This document shows positions 47,078 to 56,118 of a stretch of DNA of 64,000 bases, piece after piece (the first letter of the stretch is position 1; every line of letters begins with the position of its first letter). The DNA is from Candidatus Taylorbacteria bacterium RIFCSPHIGHO2_01_FULL_51_15. GTDB taxonomy: Bacteria; Patescibacteriota; Minisyncoccia; Phycocordibacterales; UBA10002. The notes beneath the pieces were generated by a model that saw only the letters and a list, made by a program, of their open reading frames with translations, did no database searches and was not told where the DNA came from. The stretch covers positions 2,734-66,733 of the forward strand of contig MHRI01000030.1 of the NCBI GenBank assembly GCA_001820935.1. The letters are read 5' to 3'. The translations under genes and the position numbers were made by a program.

Positions 47078-48591
47078 AACTGCTTATCTTGAGCGAGGCC
47101 GGACTTCTTCGCAATAAGGTCGGCAAGGGGCTCGAGTCCTTGCTTTTTCTTCACTTCGTCGGTCTCATGTTCCCAGATATGTATAAAGGGAAGTGAAGCT
47201 GAATCTTCAAGTATGGCGGCAGTAAATGAGATAAGCTCCTTCTCATCGTAGTGGAAACCTTCAAGTTGCTCTTTAACGAGATAGGGAAGGGTTTCCAAGT
47301 CACGACACTTCTTGACCATCGAGAGATTATTGTAAAACTGATTACCGAACACGATAACAGGCTTTTTTAAGAGTAATCCTTCCCATCCGGCCGATCCGGT
47401 AACGGTAAAAATGAGCTTCGCCCCCGCGATCACCGTCAGTCCCTCGATCGCGGGACTAATGAGTTTTACGTTCGGTATTTTTCTAAGTTCTTTGTAATAG
47501 CTTCTCGGACGGTAGGCAACCATTTCCGGATGTTCTTTGACATAGAGGCTGTAACCTACCGGCAGAGATTTTGCCGCCTGCTTGATAAGGTGTATCTGGT
47601 CCTGTGCGAACGGAGCAAGGAGTAGCAGGCTCTGCTCCGGCTCAAAGTGCAGGGCAAAAAAAGCGTATGGCAAACGTGGGTCAAACGTATCGTAGAGATC
47701 TGACACGCCGTAGAGATTTCGGAGCTTCCGCTTCGTGCGATCCTTGAGAAAGTTCCACGGACTAAGAACGGTGTAATCCCCCCGATGCTTCGAGTACTCG
47801 ACTACGAGTTCCACAAAACAAGAAATCGAGTGAAGCGCGCGAGCGGGCAAGAGGAACCTGAATTGCTTCGTCCGGCTCACCTGCTGGCGCTTCGGCGAAG
47901 AATATTCATTGTACGGATGCGGAGAGAGTCTGAAATCTTCAATTATTTTTTTTGCTTCCTCTACGTACTCTTTCCTTGCCTCGCCACTTGCGGGATGCTT
48001 GAAAAGTGCATCGGCTCCCGTGAAGGTGTCAAAGGTTTCGCTGACGGCGAATCTATCCTTGAGGGGAGTGGTGAGAATATGCAGAATCTTTATTCCTCGC
48101 TTTTTCGCTATATGGTACATGAGGAGGCTCGATACGGCTCCGATTGACGAGAACACAATCGCGTCAGGCTTTTCTTTGTCAAGAAAGGCGATCACCGCTT
48201 TTGCAGCGACCTGTAGGATACGAAGCATCTCTTCGTGCGAAAGTACGGGCGTGTTGTAGGGATACTCCCGTGCCGCTTGATTAAACATAATCGTCCGGTC
48301 TACGGTAAGGTACGGCCAGAGATTCGGAATCCCGAATTCTTTCTCAAGTTTTTTGAGGTAGGGCAGGTCGAGTGCTTCGTTGTGGTAGCGCGCGTAAACA
48401 TCCTCGTCCAAAACCATATCACCATAGTTGATCTCTTTTTGTGTAGAGAGAAATGTGTAAATACGCCGGAGTCCCACGTAGGCGCAGAAATTCTTGAGCC
48501 CATACTTTTCTTGAAGCCACAGCGCGAGGAGATGGCCAGTGTAAGCGTAATTTCTCTGAAGGTAAAAGCAGATTTTGGGATTGGAATTCAT
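47074..48591 (-). CDS. Capsule-synthesis (KpsS/LipB-like) protein, candidate ulosonic-acid transferase
   Basis: 'FFALHFEPE', 'LYVKEHP' and 'TVTGSAGWEGLLLKKPVIVFG' motifs. Confidence 0.7.
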   Translation of the reverse strand: MNSNPKICFYLQRNYAYTGHLLALWLQEKYGLKNFCAYVGLRRIYTFLSTQKEINYGDMVLDEDVYARYHNEALDLPYLKKLEKEFGIPNLWPYLTVDRTIMFNQAAREYPYNTPVLSHEEMLRILQVAAKAVIAFLDKEKPDAIVFSSIGAVSSLLMYHIAKKRGIKILHILTTPLKDRFAVSETFDTFTGADALFKHPASGEARKEYVEEAKKIIEDFRLSPHPYNEYSSPKRQQVSRTKQFRFLLPARALHSISCFVELVVEYSKHRGDYTVLSPWNFLKDRTKRKLRNLYGVSDLYDTFDPRLPYAFFALHFEPEQSLLLLAPFAQDQIHLIKQAAKSLPVGYSLYVKEHPEMVAYRPRSYYKELRKIPNVKLISPAIEGLTVIAGAKLIFTVTGSAGWEGLLLKKPVIVFGNQFYNNLSMVKKCRDLETLPYLVKEQLEGFHYDEKELISFTAAILEDSASLPFIHIWEHETDEVKKKQGLEPLADLIAKKSGLAQDKQL

Positions 48592-48648
48592 GTGAACTAT
48601 AACTACGGGGCGTCAAGGGTAGTTAGTATATACTATAGAGTATGGCCT

Positions 48649-49386
48649 ATGAAAGAAGATGCATATATCTACGATAAAGGAGACAGGGAATACACGGTCG
48701 CAGTGACGAAACGCTACGCCGAAAAGAAATATGAGCTCGACAAAATGCTCGAGAAGCTCATCGCACCTATCATCAAAAGTAAGGAGCTTCGCATTCTCGA
48801 TGCCGGGTGCGGTATTGGTCACCTCATGGCAATTCTCAAGGAACAGAGTCCCGCATCAATGTTCACGGGGGTAGATCAAACCGCATTCATTATTAATGAA
48901 GCTAAGAAGTTGTACGGGAAGGAAACCGGTTTCCATTTTGAGCTCGGAGATATCGAAGATCTCCCCCAAAGGTATAGAGCGGCGTTTGATGTCACCATTT
49001 CACGGGCAGTCCTCTCATGGCTCCCGTATTACGAAGCACATCTCCAAGCGCTTATTGCGGTCACGAAAAAGCACCTCTTCATCGCTTCGCTGTTTTACGA
49101 TGGCGATATCGATTTCATCACACAGGTTCGTGAATTCAAATTGGAAGCAGGCAAAAAAGAGTTCAGCGCCTACCAAAATGTCTACAGTCTTCCGCGATTT
49201 ACTGACTTCCTTAAGAAAAATGGAGCAAAAAAAGTATCGGTGCATCCATTCGAAATAGGTATCGATATCCCGAGGGGGGACGAGAATCTTATGGGGACGT
49301 ATACCGAGAAGACAATTGATGGTCGCCACCTCCAGATAAGCGGCGCAATCCTTATGAGCTGGAAATGGATTCATATTGAACTCTAA
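48649..49386 (+). CDS. Class I SAM-dependent methyltransferase
   Basis: ILDAGCGIG and FTGVD motifs; ATG 48649. Confidence 0.85.
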   Translation: MKEDAYIYDKGDREYTVAVTKRYAEKKYELDKMLEKLIAPIIKSKELRILDAGCGIGHLMAILKEQSPASMFTGVDQTAFIINEAKKLYGKETGFHFELGDIEDLPQRYRAAFDVTISRAVLSWLPYYEAHLQALIAVTKKHLFIASLFYDGDIDFITQVREFKLEAGKKEFSAYQNVYSLPRFTDFLKKNGAKKVSVHPFEIGIDIPRGDENLMGTYTEKTIDGRHLQISGAILMSWKWIHIEL

Positions 49387-49512
49387 ATTATTCTAATTTC
49401 TAATCGCCCTAATTATTCTAAGGAAGCCCAAAGACTTCAAGTTCAGCATTATTTATTGGGATTTGAGATTTTGAGTATTGTTTGGTTATTGTTTCTTGGT
49501 GATTGGTTATTC
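49383..49512. repeat. Junction element A: CTAATT-NNN left arm with an unrelated TTGG-rich right arm
   Basis: Left ctaaattattctaatttctaatcgccctaattattctaagg; right ttgggatttgagattttgagtattgtttggttattgtttcttggtgattggttatt. Confidence 0.75.
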
Positions 49513-49517
49513 ATTTT

Positions 49518-50288
49518 ATGAAGAACATCCGCATTATCCCAACCCTCCATATCAAAGGATCGAACGTGGTAAAGCCGGTACACACCGAAGCCCTTCGTGT
49601 TGTGGGCCATCCAAAGGAGCTTGCCCTCCGTTACTACCGCGAGGGAGCTGATGAACTTATCTATCTCGATATTGTCGCGAGCCTGTACCAGCGCAATTTT
49701 GATTTTGAGTTACTCAAATCCGTTTCCGAAGAAATCTTCATCCCGATTACGGTTGGAGGAGGCATCCGCTCGCTCTCCGATATCAAAAATGCTCTGCGTG
49801 TCGGAGCCGACAAAGTCGCCATCAATACGTATGCCGTGCATCACCCCGAGTTCTTGAAAGCCGCCGCAGAAGAGTTCGGCTCGCAGTGTATCGTGCTCTA
49901 CATTGAGGCCAAGGAAAAAGGGGACGGGAGGTGGGAGGTCTATACAGATGGCGGGCGGGAGAGCACCGGTGTTGATGCCGTGGAATGGGCGAAAAGGACA
50001 ATAGACCTTGGTGTAGGCGAAATCCTCCTCACTTCCATTGATCGCGATGGAACACGGAAGGGATATGACCTCGAGCTTACCTCTGCCATCGCTTCAACGT
50101 CTCCCATTCCCGTCATAGCCCATGGAGGCGCGGGGAATGCCGCTCACCTGGAAGAGATTATCAAGAAGGGAAAGGCGGACGCCGTGGGAGTGTCATCCAT
50201 TTTTCACTACGCGGAGACGGATATTGGAGCCGTGAAGAAAAATTTGAGTGGACGGGAAATCAATGTGAGAGCAAATTATTCTAATTAG
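49518..50288 (+). CDS. HisF-like cyclase subunit (WbuZ/AglZ type) of a sugar amidotransferase complex
   Basis: [38 protein letters not shown] and LTSIDRDGT motifs; first catalytic Asp appears replaced (PTLHIK). Confidence 0.85.
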   Translation: MKNIRIIPTLHIKGSNVVKPVHTEALRVVGHPKELALRYYREGADELIYLDIVASLYQRNFDFELLKSVSEEIFIPITVGGGIRSLSDIKNALRVGADKVAINTYAVHHPEFLKAAAEEFGSQCIVLYIEAKEKGDGRWEVYTDGGRESTGVDAVEWAKRTIDLGVGEILLTSIDRDGTRKGYDLELTSAIASTSPIPVIAHGGAGNAAHLEEIIKKGKADAVGVSSIFHYAETDIGAVKKNLSGREINVRANYSN

Positions 50289-50400
50289 TCTAATTGCCCT
50301 AATTATTCTAAGGAATATCAAAAAACCAATTTCCAAGTTAAACATTCGCAGTTAGGATTTCATTAGGTCAATTAGAATAATTAGGGTACTTAGGTCAATT
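50273..50400. repeat. Junction element B: inverted 9-nt-period repeat arms with a short spacer (empty copy)
   Basis: Left aaatt-att-ctaatt-agt-ctaatt-gcc-ctaatt-att-ctaaggaa; right gatttc-a-ttag-gtc-aattag-aat-aattag-ggt-acttag-gtc-aatt. Confidence 0.9.
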
Positions 50401-50410
50401 TTTCATTCTT

Positions 50411-51058
50411 ATGAAATCTATCGTTATCATCGATTATGGAGTTGGTAACCTGCAAAGCTTGCGGAAGGCTTTCGCCCACTTCGGCGTTGAAGCGGTTGTG
50501 TCCGAAGACGCAAAGGAAATTGAGGTGGCAGATGCAGTGGTACTCCCCGGAGTGGGCTCATTCGAAGCGGGCATGCGAGGGCTGCGCCTTCGTGGACTCG
50601 TGGAGACCGTGCAGAAGCGCGCAAAAGAAAACCAACCTATGCTGGGCATCTGCCTTGGGGCACAGCTCCTGCTTTCCAAGGGTTATGAGTTCGGCGAGCA
50701 CGATGGGCTTAACATCATCCCGGGTGAAGTGGTTCGATTCGATGAGCGAGAGATGAAGGAGAAAATACCGCAGGTCGGATGGAACAGGGTGTATCCGAGC
50801 GGAGATGTTTCTTGGAAAGGAAGTATCCTCGAATCGAATGGGCCTAAGTCTGTTATGTATTTTACCCATTCATACATCTTTGCGCCGAAGCAAAAAGAGC
50901 ATATGTTTGGCGTAACTGTGTATGGCGGCAAGGAATTTTGCTCGGTCATTCGGAAAGGTAACATCTATGGCTGTCAATTCCATCCGGAAAAAAGCGGAGA
51001 AGCCGGACTTCGGCTTATCAGGAACTTCATTTCACTCGCATCAGCACCTCGTGCATAG
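50411..51058 (+). CDS. HisH-like glutamine amidotransferase (WbuY type)
   Basis: IDYGVGNL, LPGVGSF, LGICLGAQ, YFTHSY and QFHPEKS motifs. Confidence 0.9.
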   Translation: MKSIVIIDYGVGNLQSLRKAFAHFGVEAVVSEDAKEIEVADAVVLPGVGSFEAGMRGLRLRGLVETVQKRAKENQPMLGICLGAQLLLSKGYEFGEHDGLNIIPGEVVRFDEREMKEKIPQVGWNRVYPSGDVSWKGSILESNGPKSVMYFTHSYIFAPKQKEHMFGVTVYGGKEFCSVIRKGNIYGCQFHPEKSGEAGLRLIRNFISLASAPRA

Positions 51059-51059
51059 C

Positions 51060-51101
51060 TTTTCTTTTCTACTATACTACGTAGCATAGTAGAAAAGAAA
51101 A
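51060..51101. repeat. Near-perfect 42-bp palindrome between convergent genes
   Basis: ttttcttttctactat-a-ctacgtag-c-atagtagaaaagaaaa. Confidence 0.85.
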
Positions 51102-51137
51102 ACCCGCTTCGATCCGCGTGAGCGAATCGAAGCGGGT
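51092..51137 (-). terminator. Intrinsic terminator of the EamA-like gene
   Basis: acccgcttcgat...atcgaagcgggt stem, preceded by an A-tract (U-tract on the minus strand). Confidence 0.75.
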
Positions 51138-51144
51138 AGAGATC

Positions 51145-52083
51145 CTACTCCTGGCTGAAATTCAGGGCGATAAGCAAACTGCCCGTAAGTGCAGCGGCGA
51201 ACAGTATCCATTCTGTTGTGTCATAGTGCTTATTCTCCTTGAAGATGAACAGCCCCATAACGATAGGGCAGATGACCGATGCCACAAGTATTATCGGAGA
51301 CATGACAGCAAGCGGTGCAAGATGCAGGGTCCAAAAGGTGACAAGTACGCTCAAGATGGTCGTGATCGCAAGCAAGGCAACGAACACCGTATTCATGCTT
51401 AACGTCTTCTCCGCCGTTCCGTCCTCTCTTGTTCTCATTCGTAAGACAAGCGTTATGAGGAGTGAGGAGAAGAATGTTCCTGCATACCATGCGCCGATAA
51501 AGACCTCTGTCGGAAGACTTCGGAGCGCAAAGACCCGAACCAGAAAGTTGCTGATACCGAAGCAGACGGCAAAAGTCCCTGCGTATAGAAAAAAAGAAGG
51601 GGGAAGTCTTTCCTTCGGTTCTCCTTTCCGCTTTTTCTTTCCATACCGCTGATACAGTGCGAAGACTCCGATAGCTCCGACTGAAAGCAGTATTCCCGAA
51701 AGCATCAATCCGGAAAGCCGAGCGTGTTCGCGAAGCCATATCTGTTCGAAGATGAGCGGAAGAATGGAGTTGATGATAAGAAAAAGGCTCGTGGCACTCA
51801 AATTCATTCGTGTCGCTTGCCAGAATGCATAGTTGCCCAAGGCGACGATTGTCCCTATCAGGAAGGGTGCGACGAGGGCGGAGGATATCGGCATTTTTCC
51901 AAGAGCGAAGAGCGGCAGTGTGGTCAGTCCAAAGCAAACGACGTAGAAGAGCATGAACCGCTGTTTGGTGTTTCGGGTAGCCACTTTTCCTTTAAGAAGG
52001 AGTGGCACCGCAATGTTTGAGAGGGCTATCTGTAAGATAAGAGGAAGGTACCATTTCATATCATTTGGTGTAACACCTATCAT
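51145..52083 (-). CDS. EamA/DMT-superfamily transporter
   Basis: About 10 TM helices in two repeats; 'PIVMGLFIFKE' is typical of EamA; start uncertain (52083 or 52059). Confidence 0.7.
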   Translation of the reverse strand: MIGVTPNDMKWYLPLILQIALSNIAVPLLLKGKVATRNTKQRFMLFYVVCFGLTTLPLFALGKMPISSALVAPFLIGTIVALGNYAFWQATRMNLSATSLFLIINSILPLIFEQIWLREHARLSGLMLSGILLSVGAIGVFALYQRYGKKKRKGEPKERLPPSFFLYAGTFAVCFGISNFLVRVFALRSLPTEVFIGAWYAGTFFSSLLITLVLRMRTREDGTAEKTLSMNTVFVALLAITTILSVLVTFWTLHLAPLAVMSPIILVASVICPIVMGLFIFKENKHYDTTEWILFAAALTGSLLIALNFSQE

Positions 52084-52240
52084 TTCATCCTGTGCCAGCC
52101 TATCCTTTTCCAAGACTTTTTCAAGTGCCCTATAGTTGTATATACTGTAGCCAAATCTTTTAATGTATAGACATTCTTTTGGATTTTTAGAAGTTAGGTA
52201 AATTCGAAATTAGAAATTCAATTTTGTCTTCAAAATTTTT

Positions 52241-53473
52241 ATGCCTCCCTACGGACTTCCCGAAAAAATAAGGTTCTGCGAACGCTGTCTTGCTTCGAAC
52301 GCACAGCCGATTTCGTGCAACGAGTACAAGCATACGCCAGAGATGAAGCACGAGTACATCAAGTTTGACGACGAGGGTATTTGCGCCGCGTGCCGTTTTT
52401 TCGAAGCTCGCAAGAACGGGGTTATTGATTGGGAAGCTCGCGAGAAAGAACTCCTCGCACTTCTCGACCAGTATCGTTCAAGTGATGGATCCTACGACTG
52501 CCTCGTGCCGGGAAGCGGCGGTAAGGATAGTGCATACGCGTCTCACGTCTTGAAATACAAATACCGTATGCACCCTCTTACCGTTACATGGACGCCGCAC
52601 CTCTACACCGACATCGGTCGGAAGAATTTTGATAATTGGATTAACATGGGGGGATTCGATAATTACCTGTTCTCTCCCAACGGCAAAGTACATCGACTGC
52701 TCACACGAAATGCTTTCCTCAATCTCCTCCATCCATTTCAACCGTTCATTCTCGGACAAAAAACCTTTGCCCCAAAAATGGCCGCGCGGTTTGGTATCAA
52801 ACTTATTTTCTACGGAGAGAATCAGGGGGAGTATGGCGACAAAACTTCCGTAAATCAGAGAAAGTTTATTATGGGGGGTTCGAAGGACGAGAAAGATAAA
52901 GGATTCCGGCTCGACTACGCGAAGCCGAGCGATCCACCCGAAGAGGTATTTTTGGGAGGAAAGTCGCTTGCGGAGTATTTCAAAGAGGGACTTTCCTACG
53001 CCGACCTCGCTCCGTTCCTGCCCGCAGACCCTGCCATCATCGCAAAGAACGAGATAGAGTTCCACTACCTTGGCTACTACCTGAAGTGGGTGCCGCAAGA
53101 CTGCTACTATTACGCGGTCAAATATACCGGCTTTGAAGCGAATCCGGTGCGCACTGAAGGGACCTACTCGAAGTACAACTCTATCGACGACAAGACAGAC
53201 GGCTTCTTCTACTACACCACCTTCATCAAGTTTGGGTTCGGACGCGCTCGCTACGATGCTTCACAGGAGATTCGGAACGGACATATCACCAAAGAAGAAG
53301 GTGCCGCGCTCATCAAACGATTCGACGGCGAATTCCCCAAACGCTATTTCCCCGAGTTCCTCGACTACATCGGTCTTACCGAAAAAGAATTCGAGGGTAC
53401 CATCGATTCTTTCCGTACCCCGCATTTGTGGAAGAAGGAGGGCGGAGAGTGGAAACTGAAGCAGAGAGAATAA
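52241..53473 (+). CDS. N-acetyl sugar amidotransferase (WbuX/PseA type)
   Basis: N-terminal CxxC..CxxC; PP-loop 'YDCLVPGSGGKDS'; 'GTYSKYNSIDDK'; 'KFGFGRA..DASQEIRNG'. Confidence 0.92.
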   Translation: MPPYGLPEKIRFCERCLASNAQPISCNEYKHTPEMKHEYIKFDDEGICAACRFFEARKNGVIDWEAREKELLALLDQYRSSDGSYDCLVPGSGGKDSAYASHVLKYKYRMHPLTVTWTPHLYTDIGRKNFDNWINMGGFDNYLFSPNGKVHRLLTRNAFLNLLHPFQPFILGQKTFAPKMAARFGIKLIFYGENQGEYGDKTSVNQRKFIMGGSKDEKDKGFRLDYAKPSDPPEEVFLGGKSLAEYFKEGLSYADLAPFLPADPAIIAKNEIEFHYLGYYLKWVPQDCYYYAVKYTGFEANPVRTEGTYSKYNSIDDKTDGFFYYTTFIKFGFGRARYDASQEIRNGHITKEEGAALIKRFDGEFPKRYFPEFLDYIGLTEKEFEGTIDSFRTPHLWKKEGGEWKLKQRE

Positions 53474-53955
53474 ATTAGTCTAATTAACCTAATTATTCTA
53501 ATTGACCTAAGGAAATCGCAATGACAGAGAAAAACCCAAAATATGATCTGGAAGAGCGTACTGCAAAATTCGGGGAAGCAGTCGTGTTGTTTGCGAAGAA
53601 AATACCCGTCACGCCGGTAACTCAACGTATCATTCCGCAATTGGTCGCTTCCGGTACTTCGATCGGCAGTAATTATTGTGAGGCTGATGACGCCGAATCC
53701 GGAAGAGATTTTGTCCATAAACTCGGCATCTGTAAAAAGGAAGCGCGGGAAACCAAACACTGGCTTCGAATAATATCTGTCGCTGTTCCGGAGTTACGGG
53801 ATGATGCACGAGTCTTATGGAAAGAAGCAAATGAGCTCAACCTGATTTTCAATGCTATCGTAAGGAAGGTTCGAAATAAGGGGAAAGTTGTTGTGGACAT
53901 TGGTATTTAGGATTTCTTTAGAATAATTAGGTTAATTAGAGCAATTAGAATAATT
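53472..53955. mobile_element. Junction element C: inverted 9-nt-period repeat arms enclosing a four-helix-bundle gene (putative cassette)
   Basis: Left arm 53472-53516 and right arm 53911-53955 are reverse complements in register: gatttc-N-ttag-(NNN-aattag)3-NNN-aatt. Mobility is inferred. Confidence 0.6.
53521..53910 (+). CDS. Four helix bundle protein (TIGR02436 / 23S rRNA IVP family, Avd-like fold)
   Basis: 'DLEERTAKFG', 'QLVASGTSIGSNYCEADDAESGRDFVHKLGICKKEARETKHWL' and 'EANELNLIF' motifs. Confidence 0.92.
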   Translation: MTEKNPKYDLEERTAKFGEAVVLFAKKIPVTPVTQRIIPQLVASGTSIGSNYCEADDAESGRDFVHKLGICKKEARETKHWLRIISVAVPELRDDARVLWKEANELNLIFNAIVRKVRNKGKVVVDIGI

Positions 53956-53960
53956 CCCCC

Positions 53961-55262
53961 ATGCTAAAAACAGGAAGCAAAAAGTACAGAAAGTCCTTAG
54001 CGCACTACGAAGTTGCAAAGCAGCTTCTTCCCAATCAGACCCAGACCTTGAGTAAAGGGCCGGGGCAGTTCGTCCCGGGAGAGATGCCGCTTTTCAACAA
54101 ACGAGCAAAAGGCTGCTACGTATGGGACGTCGACGGCAACAAGTATCTTGATTTTATCGGGGCGCGTTGGCCCATTATCCTCGGGTACGCCTATCCGTCC
54201 GTGGATAGAGCGATCAAGCGCCAACTGAAGGACGGCATCACCTTTCCACAGCCCCATCCCCTCGAGGTGGAGGTGGCGGAACTACTTACCGAAGTCATTC
54301 CTTCCGCCGAGATGGTGCGATTTGCCAAAAACGGTTCGGATGCGACGAGCGGTGCCGTCCGTATCGCGAGGGCCTTTACAGGACGTGAGATCATACTCCA
54401 ATGCGGCTATCATGGCGCGCAAGATTGGTTCCTTATTACCACAGCGCGAAATGCCGGTGTACCGAGGTGTCTAAAAGAAATCATACACTCATTCAATTAC
54501 AACGACCTTCCCTCGCTTGAAGCGCTTTTTAAGCGCTTCAAGGGCAAGGTCGCGGCGGTCATTATGGAGCCAATGTACGCGAAGGAGCCGAAGGACAATT
54601 TTCTTCAAAAAGCAAAAGATCTCGCGCATAAAGAAGGGGCGCTCCTTATCTTCGATGAGATCATTACCGGATTTCGATGGAGTATCGGCGGCGCGCAGAA
54701 ATATTTTGGCGTAACTCCCGACCTGTCTTGTTTTGGCAAGGCGATGTCGAATGGTATGCCGCTTTCGGCTATTGTGGGACGAAGGGATGTTATGCAAGGC
54801 ACCGAACATATTTTCCTTTCTATGACCTATGGTGGCGAGTGTCTCTCGCTTGCGGCGGCGAAAGCAACCATTACAGAGCTTAGGAAACCCGCAGTGCTCG
54901 CCCATATCTGGAAGATGGGTGGACTGGTTAAAAAGGGAGTGCAAGCCCTCATCAACAAACACGGTCTTATCGATGTTGTCGAATGTATCGGTGTGCCCCC
55001 GACTCCGGTCATGACATTTAAAAACGCGCGGGGGGAAAGTGAAAGCGCGCTCAAAACTCTGTTCCAGAAGTATCTCTTTGACCAGCACATTATGTACGCG
55101 GGCTATTTCAACATGACTTACAGTCATACACGGAAGGACGTAGAAACCGCGCTTACGGCAGTTGACCGCGCATTCGGCTCCCTGTCAAAAGACCTCGAAG
55201 CGAAGTCGGTGGGGAAGAAAATGTCGCACCCCCCCGAACCGGTTTTTAAGCATGCAAACTAG
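53961..55262 (+). CDS. Class III PLP aminotransferase (GSA-aminomutase-like), glycan-associated
   Basis: WDVDGNKYLD, FAKNGSDAT, GYHG, IFDEIITGFR and FGKAMSNG motifs. Confidence 0.9.
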   Translation: MLKTGSKKYRKSLAHYEVAKQLLPNQTQTLSKGPGQFVPGEMPLFNKRAKGCYVWDVDGNKYLDFIGARWPIILGYAYPSVDRAIKRQLKDGITFPQPHPLEVEVAELLTEVIPSAEMVRFAKNGSDATSGAVRIARAFTGREIILQCGYHGAQDWFLITTARNAGVPRCLKEIIHSFNYNDLPSLEALFKRFKGKVAAVIMEPMYAKEPKDNFLQKAKDLAHKEGALLIFDEIITGFRWSIGGAQKYFGVTPDLSCFGKAMSNGMPLSAIVGRRDVMQGTEHIFLSMTYGGECLSLAAAKATITELRKPAVLAHIWKMGGLVKKGVQALINKHGLIDVVECIGVPPTPVMTFKNARGESESALKTLFQKYLFDQHIMYAGYFNMTYSHTRKDVETALTAVDRAFGSLSKDLEAKSVGKKMSHPPEPVFKHAN

Positions 55263-55263
55263 A

Positions 55264-55390
55264 AAATTATCCTAATTGACTTAATTGCTCTAATTATTCT
55301 AAATAAATCTCAATGTCTAATTCTCAACGAAGATTTTGATATTTCAGGCTTTCCTCAGGTCAATTAGAATACTTAGGTGAATTAGAAATT
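55264..55390. repeat. Junction element D: inverted 9-nt-period repeat arms with a short spacer (empty copy)
   Basis: Left aaatt-atc-ctaatt-gac-ttaatt-gct-ctaatt-att-ctaaataaatc; right gctttc-c-tcag-gtc-aattag-aat-acttag-gtg-aattag-aaatt, then cATG. Confidence 0.88.
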
Positions 55391-55391
55391 C

Positions 55392-56117
55392 ATGTCTCTC
55401 ACATTTCTCGGTATCATTCCCGCCCGCGGGGGAAGCAAAGGCATCCGGAACAAAAATATCCGCGCCTTTGCCGGCAAGCCGCTTATCGCATACGCCATAG
55501 ACGCGGCAAAAAAATCACGATATCTTTCGCGAACCGTCGTCTCGACAGAGTCGGAAGAGATAGCGCGCGTGGCGAAGGAGTATGGCGCGGAGGTCCCGTT
55601 TCTTCGCCCAAAAGAACTTGCCGAGGATACAAGCAAAGTGTTTGACGCGATAGCCCATCTACTCGAGAAATTGAAGACGGACGAAGGATATGCACCCGAT
55701 TATATCGTGCTCCTTCAGCCAACCTCTCCGCTCCGAACGGCAAAGGACATTGATGCGACCATAGCTCTGCTTTTGAAGCACAGCGCCGATTCGGCCATCA
55801 CCGTTTCGGTGGTAGAGCCACGAGTCTTTGTCAAGGCCGCGGACGGTGTACTCACGCTCGCGAGCGATGAGAAATTCCTGCGCTCGACCAACCGACAGGC
55901 GCTCGAGCATACCGTGAGCGAGAACGGCTCAATGGTCTACGTAAACCGCGTCAGCACGCTACTTTCCACGGGAAACTTTTTGGGCGGCAAACTGGTTGGA
56001 ATAGAGACTCCGAAATGGCGCTCGATTGACCTAGATTCTCCTGAGGATTTCGTACTCGGGGAACTTATCGCCAAGCATCGGGCGGAGATGGAAGAGAGCA
56101 TCACCAATTTTAAATAA
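55392..56117 (+). CDS. neuA: Acylneuraminate (CMP-nonulosonate) cytidylyltransferase
   Basis: IIPARGGSKGIRNKNI, PFLRPKELAED, LQPTSPLR and SIDLD motifs. Confidence 0.9.
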   Translation: MSLTFLGIIPARGGSKGIRNKNIRAFAGKPLIAYAIDAAKKSRYLSRTVVSTESEEIARVAKEYGAEVPFLRPKELAEDTSKVFDAIAHLLEKLKTDEGYAPDYIVLLQPTSPLRTAKDIDATIALLLKHSADSAITVSVVEPRVFVKAADGVLTLASDEKFLRSTNRQALEHTVSENGSMVYVNRVSTLLSTGNFLGGKLVGIETPKWRSIDLDSPEDFVLGELIAKHRAEMEESITNFK

Positions 56118-56118
56118 T

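Noticed and set aside
49518-51058. Histidine biosynthesis hisF/hisH
   Set aside because: No other his genes; the context with an N-acetyl sugar amidotransferase indicates the glycan-modifying paralogues.
53521-53910. 23S rRNA intervening sequence
   Set aside because: The protein family carries that name, but the flanks are protein-coding genes with no rRNA sequence.
53961-55262. hemL (tetrapyrrole synthesis)
   Set aside because: No hem genes nearby; embedded among nonulosonate genes, so called a glycan-associated class III aminotransferase.
49383-55390. CRISPR array suggested by recurring CTAATT repeats
   Set aside because: Units have 9-nt period with 3-nt variable positions, form inverted arms, and are separated by whole genes; no 23-47-nt direct repeats with unique spacers and no cas genes.
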